A stretch of 64,000 nucleotides of DNA from Psammoneis japonica. Lineage: Eukaryota. Every line of letters begins with the position of its first letter. Positions within the stretch are counted from its first letter, which is position 1. Positions 1 to 12,750 of this stretch are shown here, in pieces. The notes under the pieces are model-generated. The model worked only from the letters and a program-made list of their open reading frames with translations. It had not been told where the DNA came from and made no database searches. The stretch spans positions 1-64,000 of the forward strand of contig QPGO01000114.1 in the NCBI GenBank assembly GCA_008632985.1, written 5' to 3'. The position numbers and the translations under genes are program-made.

Positions 1-36
1 CGGGGAGGCTATGTACTGTAGCAAATATACGAGGAC

Positions 37-1335
37 GTGTATTGGAATTCGATGGTGGGCTACTGGAGACAAATTCGTCTATCGGAAGAACGCAGTCACA
101 AGGACAGCACCGTGGTGATGGTACAGAATGAAGAAGCATGGCGAGATAGTTTGGATACACCAGAAGAAACACGCGGAGGCATGCTCACAGAGGCATGCTC
201 ACATCTCTCATTGAGGCTCAGTCTGTTTTTCCAGGAGGTTGAAGAAAGCGCGAAGAAAGAATCTACCTCAACAAGGCAAGCGAGCACGTTGACGAACCAT
301 CAGCACGAACTCAAGTCTCGGTTGCGAAAAATGGACTCAAAGGGTAAAGGCATCATTGCAGAGCTCGAGGGGGGCGGAATCGAAGGCGGCTAGTGCGTGG
401 GGTAAGTCCAATGGATGCATTGTTGGTTCACAAGTCTTTTTCGCCCTTGTCACCAACCTTCTTATGAAACAATAATTTTGCCATAGACTTTTTTGATAGA
501 GTTTACGGCGAGGCGTTGATTTAGCCTTCAACCGCTCGCACTCCAGAAAGGAAATTAATACCTCCCACGTTCCCTGGCGATCCCCACGCGTCTCTTGGGA
601 TGGCGATGTCAGCGTGATCTGCGGTTGGCAGGGATGCGTTATTACAGTCCGAGGTATGGAACAAAGCGTCACCGGAATTGCTGCGTCTTGACAATTCAAT
701 CTCGGCGAATGAAGTGGATCGTCAAAGCAAACTGCAAGATTTTGCTCTTGGAGTATTTGCTTCAACAGGTAGACCTTTTGTCGGGTTTCGAGTCTTTGAA
801 TCCCCCCGTATTGCAAGAGTTGGTGGAGCGACAAATGGATAAGAAAGTCGATACACATATTCAAGAAAACAGTTCAAAAGCATTCACAGCGAGTACAATG
901 AAGGAAGCGCAGCACAAATCCTCCATCCTCAATCGATCTCGACGAACGTTCATTCCACCAGAAGTAATGGACCTTGAAGCGCTCGAGTCGCCACTAACGA
1001 ATTATTTTTTCTCCATGAAAGTTGTGGAGCAATGAAAGCTAAACAAGGCATGGCAAATGGGATTGGCCATTGTGACTGTGGATTCCTATTTGCACATGTT
1101 CGAAATGCCACAATCGCTACCAGACTCGATTACGGCAGTGGAGGTCTTTCATAAGCTAGATCCAGCACCCATTTCTGACATTAACGATTTGCTACCTAAA
1201 GCAGAGAAGGACAAGCTAAAAGGACGTGACTCCATTGGTATCAGTGTTGCTATCAAGATGCTCCATTGTCGTATCGAAAGAGGACGATCGTGGAACGTCT
1301 CGCTACCATTACAAAAGCCGTTGCCTCTGTATTGA
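37..1335 (+). pseudogene. Fragmented gene remnant, possibly a coiled-coil/BAR plus PH-like protein
   Basis: Three consecutive + ORFs (37-393, 595-1035, 1057-1335). Helical segments are followed by LAIVTVDSYLHMFE, weakly reminiscent of a PH-domain strand. Family not firmly recognised. Confidence 0.25.
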
Positions 1336-1368
1336 ATATTACATAATTGACCTTGATGACTAGGCCCT

Positions 1369-2383
1369 ATGCCTCGCGGAACGAACCCGTTTGAGGACTC
1401 GTTCGATGACGATCCAGCAGCGGCAAGTCCTAATGTATCTGCGACGCCCATGATGCAGTCTGACAACAAACCCTTTGCAGCAGCAACGACAAATCCATTA
1501 GAGACCGACAGAGACGATTGCTACCGAGAAAGGAAAGACGATTGCGACGTACCAGATGACGACAAGGAGGTGGATCTGGGTGAAACAATGCAGGATGACA
1601 TTCCCGTTGAGGCTTCGTGGCAGCATGCACCTGGACATTTGCCGCACCGCCGGGTCCCTATTTGCTCCAACATTAGCTGGAACGACCGCGAAAACAGAGA
1701 GCAAGCGAATGATAAGGAAGTACAAGAGCACGACGATAGGATTATGGGCTCTCTCAACAACGGATTGGCTGCCTTTCCTCCCTCTTTTGTCAGTCAGCTT
1801 TGTGCATCGTTCCGTTGAACATTACAACTACGACCAAAGTGGCTGGTTGTCCTCATGGTGATCCGACATGTGCCATGACTATCCCGCTTCTAGGTGCAGA
1901 TACCACCACGCGTGCCATGGGCTTGTGCTGAATTACACATTGATGCCAATGCCGGTTATAAGGCACAAGTCGAATTTCCTCCGAGCGAACTGTCGGAAAA
2001 GAGTGTGCTGGCGTCCAATGTGTTGGCTCTTGGCTTTACCGACCGAATGACCGTTGTCGTGTTGGTGCGTGATTCACCTTTCTACGTTGTTTCCTTCCGG
2101 GAACAAGGGTGGAGGCACCGAGTTGCTTCAGGCATGTGTGTACGATGGTGGAGCCGCTGTGTTGGTAACGTCAACGCAGTGCGCCCTTGTCGAACAGTTC
2201 GACGACCACGATGTCAGCCACGCAGAGAGCGCCAATGTGGCTACTCGAAAGATTATCTCGAATGCTGCAGGTGGTGCGGTCTTAGATGACGAAACGTTTG
2301 GTGGCGCATCCAGTCAAACTTACACTCTGCCCCCGCATTGTGCTATTGTCATACCCTTGAAGACGGCGGCTCATGCAAGGTAA
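1369..2383 (+). pseudogene. VPS16: Truncated, frameshifted N-terminal fragment of Vps16 (HOPS/CORVET subunit)
   Basis: ASWQ..LPHRRVPICSNISW resembles Vps16 W.plg..fYRk.elYsm.W. KVAGCPHGDP (~1838-1867, other frame) resembles VAAAPYGGP. LALGFTDRMTVVVLVRD resembles the mgW..e.lvvv.dG segment. Stops and frameshifts present; no C-terminal half. Confidence 0.6.
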
Positions 2384-2977
2384 AGCTTGTGGCCATTTGT
2401 TCGTGTGTGCTCTGTTGTCGTCAATGTGCTTGGACTGAACGCGTTGCCCTCTTTCTAAACAATTCTCGTTCTAGTGTGAATAGCTAGTCTTATGTCGCCT
2501 TGGCCGTCTTACCCCGATTTTACACAAACTCCCGACACCCTGAGATCTTTTTTTTAACACTCTCAGAATGGATATCGTTCACGTGGATTGCCGTCCAACA
2601 TTGACAATCGTGTCATGGTGACTTTTGTTGAGTTTTACGAAACGCTCTAGAGTTTTGTTCGCAATAAGCTCCACAGTCATATTGGAGTGCGACACCCTCA
2701 ACTCTCTCACGAATGCGCTAGACTCGGCCGGATCCGGCAATTTCAGTATGGTTATTATTCGTTGTCGTTTGCCCTCGGGTTCGGAAGTCGTCGACGTTAC
2801 GTCACCGCAACCATCCTTTTGTTCGGGCAAAACGTATGTTGTTCATTTTGGAGCATCGGGCAATGTCAGCACAGTGATTTGTCATCGTTTGCCCTCGGGG
2901 TTTGAAGCCGTCGACGTTACGTTGCCCAGCCGTGTTGTTTGGAACGAGATTCTTCTGTTGTTTTGTTGAAACGATTA

Positions 2978-4047
2978 GTATTCGGTGCCAGCCCATCATC
3001 TTTTCCAACGCACGAAGCGGATACTCTTCTAGGCCTCAATGACGGTGCAGGTATGGGCGCTATGGATTCAGACTTTGGAGACGATGGCAAATACCGCGAC
3101 TTTGGAGGTTTTGACGATGACGGTGGCGACGTGGGCAATGCGGGTACTCATACCACAGATCTTTCATGATAGGCCTGTGTTTCTTTGTTGGAAGAACCAC
3201 AGGTGGCACGGAGATAATATTTGCCACCGTACGCCTTCTGATACAAAACGAGAGGAGGAATCGCAATAGAAATGTTAGCAAGACACGCATCAACATTTCA
3301 CGCTACAGACGCCATCATAATCCCTTGGACACGGAATTGAATACAACCCCAATGACCATGTCAAGTGGGACATACGTTCTAGACAAAAAGCATAGTAAGT
3401 AATAATGTCGATAGTCTCGACGCTACCGGTATACACATGCATATTCTCGCCTACTCGGAAGCAATCATCTCGAATCCGTTAGTCATTTAGCGATTGAATC
3501 TACGGCCGCCTCTTCCTACTCCTGCCGACCCTCAGCCAATGAGGCCTTGCCCTATCTTGAGATCGCATTCGGTGCCAACCCAGGATCTTTTCCAATGCAT
3601 GAAGCGGACACTCTTCCAGGCCTCGATGACGATGCAGGTGTGGGCGCTGTGGATTCCGACTTTGGAGGCGATGGCAACGACCGCGACTTTATTAGAGGTT
3701 TTGGCGATGACGGTGGCGACGTGAGCAATGCGGGTGTTCACACCACGGATCTTTCACGACAGGCCTGTGTTTCTTTGTCGGAAGAATCACCAGCGGCACG
3801 TGGATAATATTTGACCACCCTGCGCTTTCTGATACAAAACGAGAGGAGGCACCTGTGATGGAATCGCAATGTAAACGGCAGCATGACACGCATCAACATT
3901 TCACGCTACAGACGCCATCACAATCACTTGGGCACGGAATTGAATACAACCCCAATGACCCTGTCAAGTGGGACACATGTTCTAGACAAAAAGCATGGTG
4001 TCTAATAATCCGTTAGTCCTTTAGCGATTGAATCTACGACCGCCTCT
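2978..4047 (+). repeat. Tandem segmental duplication: copy 1 ~2978-3512, copy 2 ~3565-4047
   Basis: Direct alignment, e.g. ttcggtgcca, gactttgga, gatgacggtggcgacgtg, ctgatacaaaacgagaggagg, ttctagacaaaaagcat and aatccgttagtc occur in both copies. Confidence 0.95.
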
Positions 4048-4100
4048 CGTGTCCTTTCTTGAGATCCTGAATTGACAGTCGATTTCGAGAGTTCCCTTCA

Positions 4101-5982
4101 TCAACAAAGAAAAGATCTTTCCCGTTTCGTTTTGGAGTCGTCGCTCGCATCCGTTGCCTCCATCACGGCGGCATTTGCACTCTCCGTTTCGGTGGTTGTG
4201 ACGCCTTCAAGGGGGCGTTTCTTTCTCGTGTCGCCTTTCGCATCGTCCCCAGTGATTGCAGTTGTCTCCACAAATGGTTTTGCACGAGAGTGAGATCCGC
4301 TTCTACGTGCGGTGTGTTTGTCAATTCTACATTCGGTGGCATCCTCGGTTACAGCACGAGGTGTTACCAAGGAACCTCGGTCTTGTTTGTCAGGTCCTTG
4401 CTTGGCAGACGGCGCTTCCAAGGGAACTCGGCCCCACTCGCTTCTGCCCTGCTTGGTCGCCACGACAATCTTACTAGTCCTTGCGGCGTCGATTGCTCCA
4501 CCATCGAAGTTGCTCCTGGTTTCGGGGTTTGCGTGAGCGACCTTGTCACCAGTCACTGTTTCGACGATTTCTCTTTCGTCGGTGCTCAATTCTGACAAAA
4601 CCGATTCGTTGGTGTTCTCATCTCCGGGCTCATCACGAGCGACCGCCCCAACAGCCGTCGCAGCCACCAGCTCATCAGCACCAACAGTGGTGGCGGCTGA
4701 CGCTACATTGGTGGTAGCTAAGGTCACATCTTGGAAACAATGAATCGTCCGCCGTTTGGTGCTTTGACCATCCTCCTTCCTCCGGTGCCCGCCTCTCTTT
4801 TTCCCCTGAGAGATGAAAATGCACAAATACAATGAGGCAACAGCATCCTTGAAATGAAACAAGCATCCGAGAAATCGTCTTACATTTTCTTTCGGGTCGT
4901 CGATTTCGTTGCCCAAAATATTCTTTATTGTTTCCGCCATCTCCTGGAAGGATTTAATCCTCCGAGGACTGACCCGCTTTCCGGACTCCTTCACCTTCAT
5001 CAGCCGGCGCACAAGCAGTTCTACTGCTAGCACTATCCGCTTCCCAGTCTGCACTTTAGGCTGGGCAAGAGCCGCCTCCCAACTCTCATGGCCTTTTTTC
5101 ATCCCTTCAACGAATTCAAGGCAAGCAACAACCTTCTCGACTGTAAAACTAGCGATTGTCTTAGGATATTCGTCATCTTGTTTCTTCATCTCTTGAAGCT
5201 TCTCCCGCTGCTGCTCCTCTGGTTCCTCCGAGTATCCAGCTCGAATCCTCTGGAGTTCGTAGGATTTGCCGTAGTTAACGAACAATTCCTCAGGATTGTT
5301 AAACGGTATCTTGAACCCCCTCCTTGATTTCCCCTCCACCAACTTCAAACCAAGAAAGTAGTGTACCAGGCCGCTCGTGGTGTCCAAAGCCTGAATTGTC
5401 GGGATTTCTGTCGATTTGCATTCATTCGCATAAGGCAGTATATTTCCTCGCGCCCTGTCGTGAAGTTCTCCAGTGAGATCATTGGTTATGTCATACGTAA
5501 AGTCTTGATTTTTGGCATCAAAAACACAATTGCATCAAAAATGTTTAGAAAAACAAAAACACCTTTAAGAAAAGATCACACGACGGCTTCTCATCTGTCG
5601 ACTTACTGTCACAGCACTCGAAATCGTATTGATCGGGTCTTGATTCATGGTGTATCCAGCTCTTGAATCTGCCTACAAAAACTGACTTCTTGTCCTTCTT
5701 TTCTGCATATGCGCCCAAATCCACTAGTTCGCCTGGATTCAGCTCAAAGGTCTCTCGTCCCGTGGGTTCAATTTCTTCGGCCCTCAAAAAGAGACCATAT
5801 CCTGCTTTAGGTATTGTCGATTCTCGAGCGTAAAAGATCAAACGAGCGTTAAGGCTTCTGAAGGTGAGTTTCTTTTGTGGAAGCAATACGCCATTGACTT
5901 CCACGATTTCCGCTATTGTGGAATCAGGGCTGATGCAAGTTTCAAATTCTTCAAAAGTCATTGTTGATGTCGACTCGTCCAT
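4101..5982 (-). CDS. SET-domain-like protein with a long low-complexity C-terminus; probable intron or frameshift near 5500-5575
   Basis: YARESTIPKAGYGLF (SET N-terminal motif) in ORF 5545-6012. The downstream frame reads NILPYANE...EELFVNYGKSY (SET C-terminal ELxxxYG motif) and continues as ORF 4101-5387. ATG at 5982. Splice sites not confirmed. Confidence 0.55.
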
Positions 5983-6989
5983 TGAATTTCCCTGCGATTC
6001 CACACAATACAAAGAACAAAAGATTTATTAGGTAAGGATAATACAAGCAACGACAGGCAGGAACGGGACGAAGCTGCAAGGAGGAGCAACACTTACACTC
6101 GACAAAGGAGCAACAACAACTAAACACGGCGAAATTTTCTTGCAGTGAGAAACATGAGGCGAGCGTTTCTATCTTGAAAGGGTGACGGGTGAATGAAGGC
6201 AATTCGATCTTTTTCCAACGAACGCTGGGACGTCACGCATTTAGGGATGACGACATAATTTAATTATCTGAACTCGTATAAAATATCATAAAAATGGAGG
6301 AAACGGTCAGGAACCTATCAGTTATCGGACTGACATTATTGTTCGTAGCGCTGTGTAGACTGTGTATGGAAACTCGAGTCATTATGACCGAGACTATTTT
6401 GGCGGTTGTGTAGAGCCTACGTGGGAACTTGGTACACGGGTGGGAACCGATATTTGAATTTTGTCTCATTCCAACCGTCGGAACCAGCGCCACGATGCTT
6501 ATTTTCCATACGCGCGAGGCGACACAGTGTGGTTCAGCCCATAACCTCAAAAATGTGACTGGACTCGTGCGAATGAACTCGTGCGAATGAAACTCATTCA
6601 TCCGAGAAAAACACCATGGCGGCACGGCTCCGTTCATGAATACACTGTCACTGGGACAATGTCACAGGGGTAAGAGCATTGGTACAAGGTAATTCGAATA
6701 TGGCGAGTATGATGGTGTTTTGTTTTTGTTGGTATCTTCAAAAGCTTTTGAGTTTCTTTTGCGTTTGTGTGGGCAGGGTGGTGGTTGTTTTCTCCGCAAC
6801 TTGGCTCTATTCATTAATCGGCCATCAGTGGGACGATATTTTGGCGTCAATAGTATTGGTAAAAGGTAATTCGAATACTCTGAGTTTGGCGGTGTAGTTG
6901 TTTTGTTGGCATCTTCTAAAGGTTTCGTGTTTCTTTGGCATTTAGATGGACATGGAGGTTTTTTTGTTTTCTCCGGTCGTTGGTTGCCG

Positions 6990-7530
6990 GTTGCTTGTGG
7001 GGCTAGAAACGATGTAGCAAACTGTAAAAGGGCATCCAGTGTTGCTTTTGGCTGTCATGACGAGATATATGCTTGAGCCATTGCAACATGCAGTCTTGGT
7101 GGTGCAGTAAGAGGCCGGAACACAACTTTTTTTTTCGCTCTTTGGTTCTCGGTCGGCAGTTGCCGGACGCTTGTGGGGCTAGAAACGATGCAGGATGACA
7201 AAACAGGGTGTCAATCATCACTTTGTGTCGTTATGACAAGATAAACGTGCAATCTACTGCAGTTTGCGGTCTTGGAGCTATGGCAAGAGGCCGGAACACT
7301 GCAGGTTTTGTGCACACTTGGTCGTTGTTGCAGGAGGTGGCGGGTCGCTCGTGGGGCTAGAAACGATACAGAATGTCATAACAGGGTATCCATCATTGCT
7401 TTGGATCGTTATGACGACATACACATTCGATCTTCTGCAATTTGCAGTCTTGGAGGTACAGCAAGAGGCTGCAACACTGTACATTTTGGACGCGCTCGGT
7501 CGTTGATGTCGGAGGTGGCGGGTCGCTCCC
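6990..7530. repeat. Degenerate tandem repeat, ~176-bp unit, 3 copies
   Basis: gtggggctagaaacgat at ~6997, ~7173 and ~7351, each followed by gc(a/g)gtcttgg...aagaggc. Confidence 0.8.
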
Positions 7531-9888
7531 AGTGTCTAAGGAAATTGTAAACACAGCATGGCATAGTTTTCATTGCATAGATAATTGAAATGTTGTTTAT
7601 AGCAAATGTTACAGCTAATTAGTCACAAAGAAAGCAATGGGAATGACTCACTGGCGGTCTTTCTCTGCTGACGGTTCTGCTGTTTCCTTGTCTGCAGGAG
7701 TCTTCAACAGAGAAATAGAAGATGCATTATTTACATCTCTAAGGAGTCGGCTGAATGCCTTCCTTCCTCTTGTTTCTGGCACAGCTGTGGCCTTGATGGA
7801 TTAATGGGATCTCCTTTGAGCAAGTCACGACAGTGTGGCGCGGTGGAGGTGTCACCATGCCCAGAGTCTTGGTGGCTCAAAGCTTTACTGTAACAAATTT
7901 CCATTGGCCAATGGGCCTCGTTTCCAACTCATAGAAAGGGAAGTAAAGGAGATTCATCTATTTCTGCTCATATTCCAGCATCATACCGTCTTCCGCAACG
8001 CCGACTTGATTGAGAAGATGAGAGGCGCCAGAGCACTCGTCTCGAGCTTTTTCACCAGTGTTGAGACTAGGAACCACTTCTTTCCCACCTGAAATGTTGT
8101 ATGACGATTAGTTTCTTGGACGTGATTGACAAAGACTCGAATGCGGTGTTAATATCCCTTTTGAGGGCTTCCAGGTTATTGTTGGCGGCTGCCTTCGGAG
8201 CTGCTGGGATGCCCAAAGTGGAGTTGTCATTTCCCGTCTCCTGCATAATGTGATGGCGATGTTTTTGCACACATTGTTGGTAATGGCATATAACAGCAAT
8301 AATGCGCCGAAACATCGGCGTTGAACACATTACTTTCGACAAACGACATCGTCAACAGCAGCGGCACTCACCATTTTGTTTTGTCGCGGTGAAAGTGTGG
8401 AAAAATTAGTTTTTTGCGTTGGCCTGCAGCAGTGATATACAACATATGTACATTGATATCTGTGGTATAACGTTAATATTTCTACGCTACTATGTCGCCG
8501 AAATAAGCACCGTGGCGCAGGCGATTTTGACAAATTCGGCCGATTCCCGACGTAGAGCCACGCAGGCATGTGCCAGTGTTCCGGGAACCGGCCGTCGCGT
8601 TCCCGGAGTGAGCGATGGAGCGATGCACATGACATGGCACTGGAGGGTCATTTCTGGCTTGTAGAAATCTACACGTTGTCTGGCATTGAAATTCAAAAAG
8701 TAATGTTGAACCAACAGCGTTCCCGATCCATTCAAAAACACCGAAACATCACTCCCTCATTCATTTCGTTCGTCAAGACATGGAGAGTGTGCGGCATGGA
8801 ACCATTTCCAAACAAGCTACATTCTGTTCTTCTGTCTCTTCTCACTTGAAAGGCATGTTTACATCGAAAGCAGTGTTGATGCATCATGCATTTGCAGCAC
8901 CAGTGTGAGGATTTTTAACCTGACAATGTCATTCTCCATCTCCATCTTTCCCATGCAGACATGCAGTGCTGCACCTCAAGACACACAGCACCTCAAGAGA
9001 CTCCACAAAGTGTGTTGTGGGTTTTGTTTCTTGTTGCCTTCTGATCTGCAAATGAGGTTTGAGACACAACCTGAACAATTTTGGGTCGTGGTTGTCGGGA
9101 ACGACTTGCACCTCATCAATTTGGGGCTGTCGTCAGAAGACCGCACACTTTGTGGTGACGAGGTGTCAACGAGTTTTGCAAACTCAAGACGTGCAGCACA
9201 GTGCCTCAAGAAATGCAGCACCTCAAGACACCATCACGGAACACAGCACATTGCACCTCAAGTTCGTCTCATTTCTTGTCAAGTGGTGCATGACTGTCCT
9301 CTCTGTGCTGCAGCAAGGTTGCGGTGTGCGCTGGATGAGTTGAGACAGTGTCTCAAGAAACACAGTGCCTCAAGACACCATCACGGAGCATGGTGCATTG
9401 CACTGCGAGAAGCAAAACCATTCATTTCGTTCGTTGACGACAATGTGTTGGTGTGACCTGTTGAGTTCTCGCAATCTTTTTTAGAGCAAGTGGCACTCAT
9501 CCATGACACTGTCTGCTGAGTGTCACAGGACTGTCCGACGCGTTCCAGCCCCAGGTGGGACTCCTTGTGACATTGGGCCCGTAGAATTCTACGTGCGAGC
9601 TCCGTAGTGCGAGAATTTAATCAATGGACACATTTATCTTCAACATCAAATAAACGGCCAAGTTTGTGGTGCAATTGTGCCTCTTGCCACTCGACGTTTT
9701 TGCAACTTCGCCTGCCCCACGCGATTCTTAAGACATTGTAGAATCGCGCTGCAACAAAAAATGTCAAAAGTTGTTGGACGGATCGCTCAACAAGTGCACC
9801 GTAAAATGACACAAAATGTCGAAAAAATCACGCAGAAATCTACGTGCGCGACATGCGACGAGACTCAAAAAACTGTCGATGTCACAGT

Positions 9889-12188
9889 TCAGCAGCACGA
9901 GGTCCCACCTAGACCTGGAACGCGTCGTCCTTTGTTTTGCATGTTGAGTTCCTCGATCACCTGCTTCCGAATCGTCGCTCGCTCTTTCTCGCGACGGCCT
10001 TGCTCCAATTCTGATTCAAGTGCTTTCACCTTCTTGCTGTCTTCATCCGTCTCGCTGCGGACTTGATCCAATTCCTTTGTGACGTTGTTCAATTTTGTGC
10101 GTTCTTCTTCATGCATGACCTTGCACTCACTCTTGCNNNNNNNNNNNNNNNNNNNNNNNNNNNNNNNNNNNNNNNNNNNNNNNNNNNNNNNNNNNNNNNN
10201 NNNNNNNNNNNNNNNNNNNNNNNNNNNNNNNNNNNNNNNNNNNNNNNNNNNNNNNNNNNNNNNNNNNNNNNNNNNNNNNNNNNNNNNNNNNNNNNNNNNN
10301 NNNNNNNNNNNNNNNNNNNNNNNNNNNNNNNNNNNNNNNNNNNNNNNNNNNNNNNNNNNNNNNNNNNNNNNNNNNNNNNNNNNNNNNNNNNNNNNNNNNN
10401 NNNNNNNNNNNNNNNNNNNNNNNNGAATGTCCGCATTGAGCTTGGCAATCTCGACCTGATGGCGCTGCTGCAATTCCGAGGAAACTGCTTCAAAGGTTTC
10501 AGAAGCTTGCACTGTGCGGTTGGTGGATTGCTGGACAGGCGGAAAAGACTTGTGCGGCAGAGCTGGGTTTGTGTCCGAAAGACGTCGGCGTTTTGCTGTG
10601 TCAGTGGGTCGGCGGTCCACAGCATCCAATGCGGCAATGGCTTCATTGCCCATGTCTGAAGAAAGCCTTTTGTGTGGGTCTTGACTCTTTGTGTTCTTGT
10701 GTCGAGCACGACGAAGGCGTTCGGGGGTTAACACCTTCGCGGCCATCATGAGCGAAATGCCGCATGCGCGATTGCCATGGTTGGTGCACTGTTTCCAGTC
10801 CTTGAATTCGCACAACTGTGCAATGTGCTTCACACTCCGATGGCAGTCTTTCCCAATGGCTTGTTTGGGTTGAACTTGCAGGGCAGGTTTTTGAGATCCC
10901 ATTCGCGCTTCTGCACCTTGCTCAGCGGGCCGCAGAAAACGCGAACTTGATCAGGATGCGACCACTTCCGCAACTGATCAAAAATCTTGACAATGCAAAC
11001 AGGGTCATGGGGGTTCTCAACACATTCAATGAGCCCCTCTTTCTCGGTGCGTCCTTTCAGATTTGACAATGACAACTGGTGTGTCTTGTCGATGTCAATC
11101 ACAGAGTTGAGTCGCTGCATGCCAAAGAACTCGGATTGCTCATCATCAACAACGTCTTGATGGAATTGGTCCCACACAGCTTCGGAGACCTCTGCCACTC
11201 CACGAAAAAGGAAGCCATGAGCAAACCAAAACGCAAGCATCTCTTGACAGTGAGAGGGATCCTTGCAGGGCTTGAGCCCACCTTCCACAACTTTCACCCA
11301 AAGCTTTTTGTCGCCCTTCCAATCAAATTTTGCAGCGTTCTTCCCAACTCCAAAGGTGGGATCGCTTTCTCGCAATTCCTTCCATCTCTTCTTGCAGTTG
11401 TCGGCAAACTCTCCTTTCCCATTGAAGTCTTTCTTGAAGTCACACTTTGTGCATTTGCGATGGAAGGTTCCAAAAAGCGTCTTCATGCATTGCCCAAAAG
11501 CAGATGGTTCAAGGGCTTCTCCGGTGGGTGGGTTTTTCCAAGAGAAGAACACCAAGTCGCAACATTTCATCAGCACAAGGCGTTTCGGCTCACTCTTCTC
11601 TCCGCCAACCTCATTGTAGAATCGAAAATCCACGAGGAGACTGTCGCTCATTTCCGTCGGCACTTGCTCCAGAAGGCATTGCATCTTGTTTCCGCCTTTC
11701 TCTCGAATGGCATTGAAAAAGCGCATCTCGAGGTTGCAGGATTTTCGTTGGTGAGTCGTTTCTTGGCCTGCAGCAGCTTCCATCAATTTGCGATCCTCAT
11801 CCGAAACATTGAGGACGCTCTTGTCCTTGGCAATGACAGCTGTGGCAAGGGCGAGAGTCTGTCTGCTGGCTGTTGGCGAGGTCGTTGGAACAGTGGTTGT
11901 GCCCGAATTTGCTGCTGCGCCAGGATTGAACATTGCGGCCTCGGTGGGGTTTGCTGTGTGTGGCTGTCGGTTGACACCGACAGCAAGGTGGGCTTGCGGC
12001 TCCATCTCCACGGAAGCATTTTCTTGAGCCGCCCCCCCAAACAATTGAAACAATGCACTGGCTGCATCCAATGCATTCTGTGTCAGCACAAAGTCAACCT
12101 CTTCACCCTGTGAAAATGCGTCGTCCAAGTTTCGGCGCTCCGAAGGCGCAGTGCTTGAAGCAACAGAAATGTCGTCTCGTGTGTCCAT
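9889..12188 (-). mobile_element. Degenerate tyrosine-recombinase gene, Crypton-like DNA transposon; frameshift near 10835, crosses an assembly gap
   Basis: Catalytic-motif order: FLFRG..E (Arg I), DKT, ENPHDPVC, KPLGKTAI, TNHGNRA (HxxR), ARHKN..SQDPH (His/Tyr box with His at the expected Tyr). Confidence 0.7.
10137..10424. other. Assembly gap (288 N)
   Basis: Run of n. Confidence 1.
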
Positions 12189-12750
12189 GATGATGTTGAG
12201 TCATGATTGGAGACATCTTCAGACGTTCCGCAGGATGTGATGGAAAACAAAACAACAAAAATTAGATTGCACATTACAAAAGCGGTGCAAATCGTCTCTT
12301 CATGTTGTCGTCCTTTAACTGATGGGTTCCTGTGGAAACCGATCATTCACATGGACGCGTCCTCACCTTTGGGTGCGCCTCGGCGTCGGTCGAGCTGTGG
12401 CGCGGAAATCGCTTTGCAATTTCCACACCTTGCGATTTCCACACCACAGCTTGCCCTCCGCCTCGGCGCACCCTCAGGTTTGGCCGCTCCGGCCTCCGTG
12501 GAATTTGTGCGGGAGAACCGGTGCTCAGCCTGCCGGCTTTGCACCGGTTCCGATGACCTCAGCTGACGCTTCGGTCATTCCCGTGCAAATTCCGCGTCGG
12601 CCGGCCAGTGACTGAATGGTTTCCATGCAAAACTCATCTGCGCAGGGCCCGCGCACGCGAAATAAAAAGCAAGACCGTCCGTCACATGCACGCTGATTTG
12701 CAAATTGACACCTCGCTCTGCATCCTGCATCCGACACAAAAAGACAGAAG

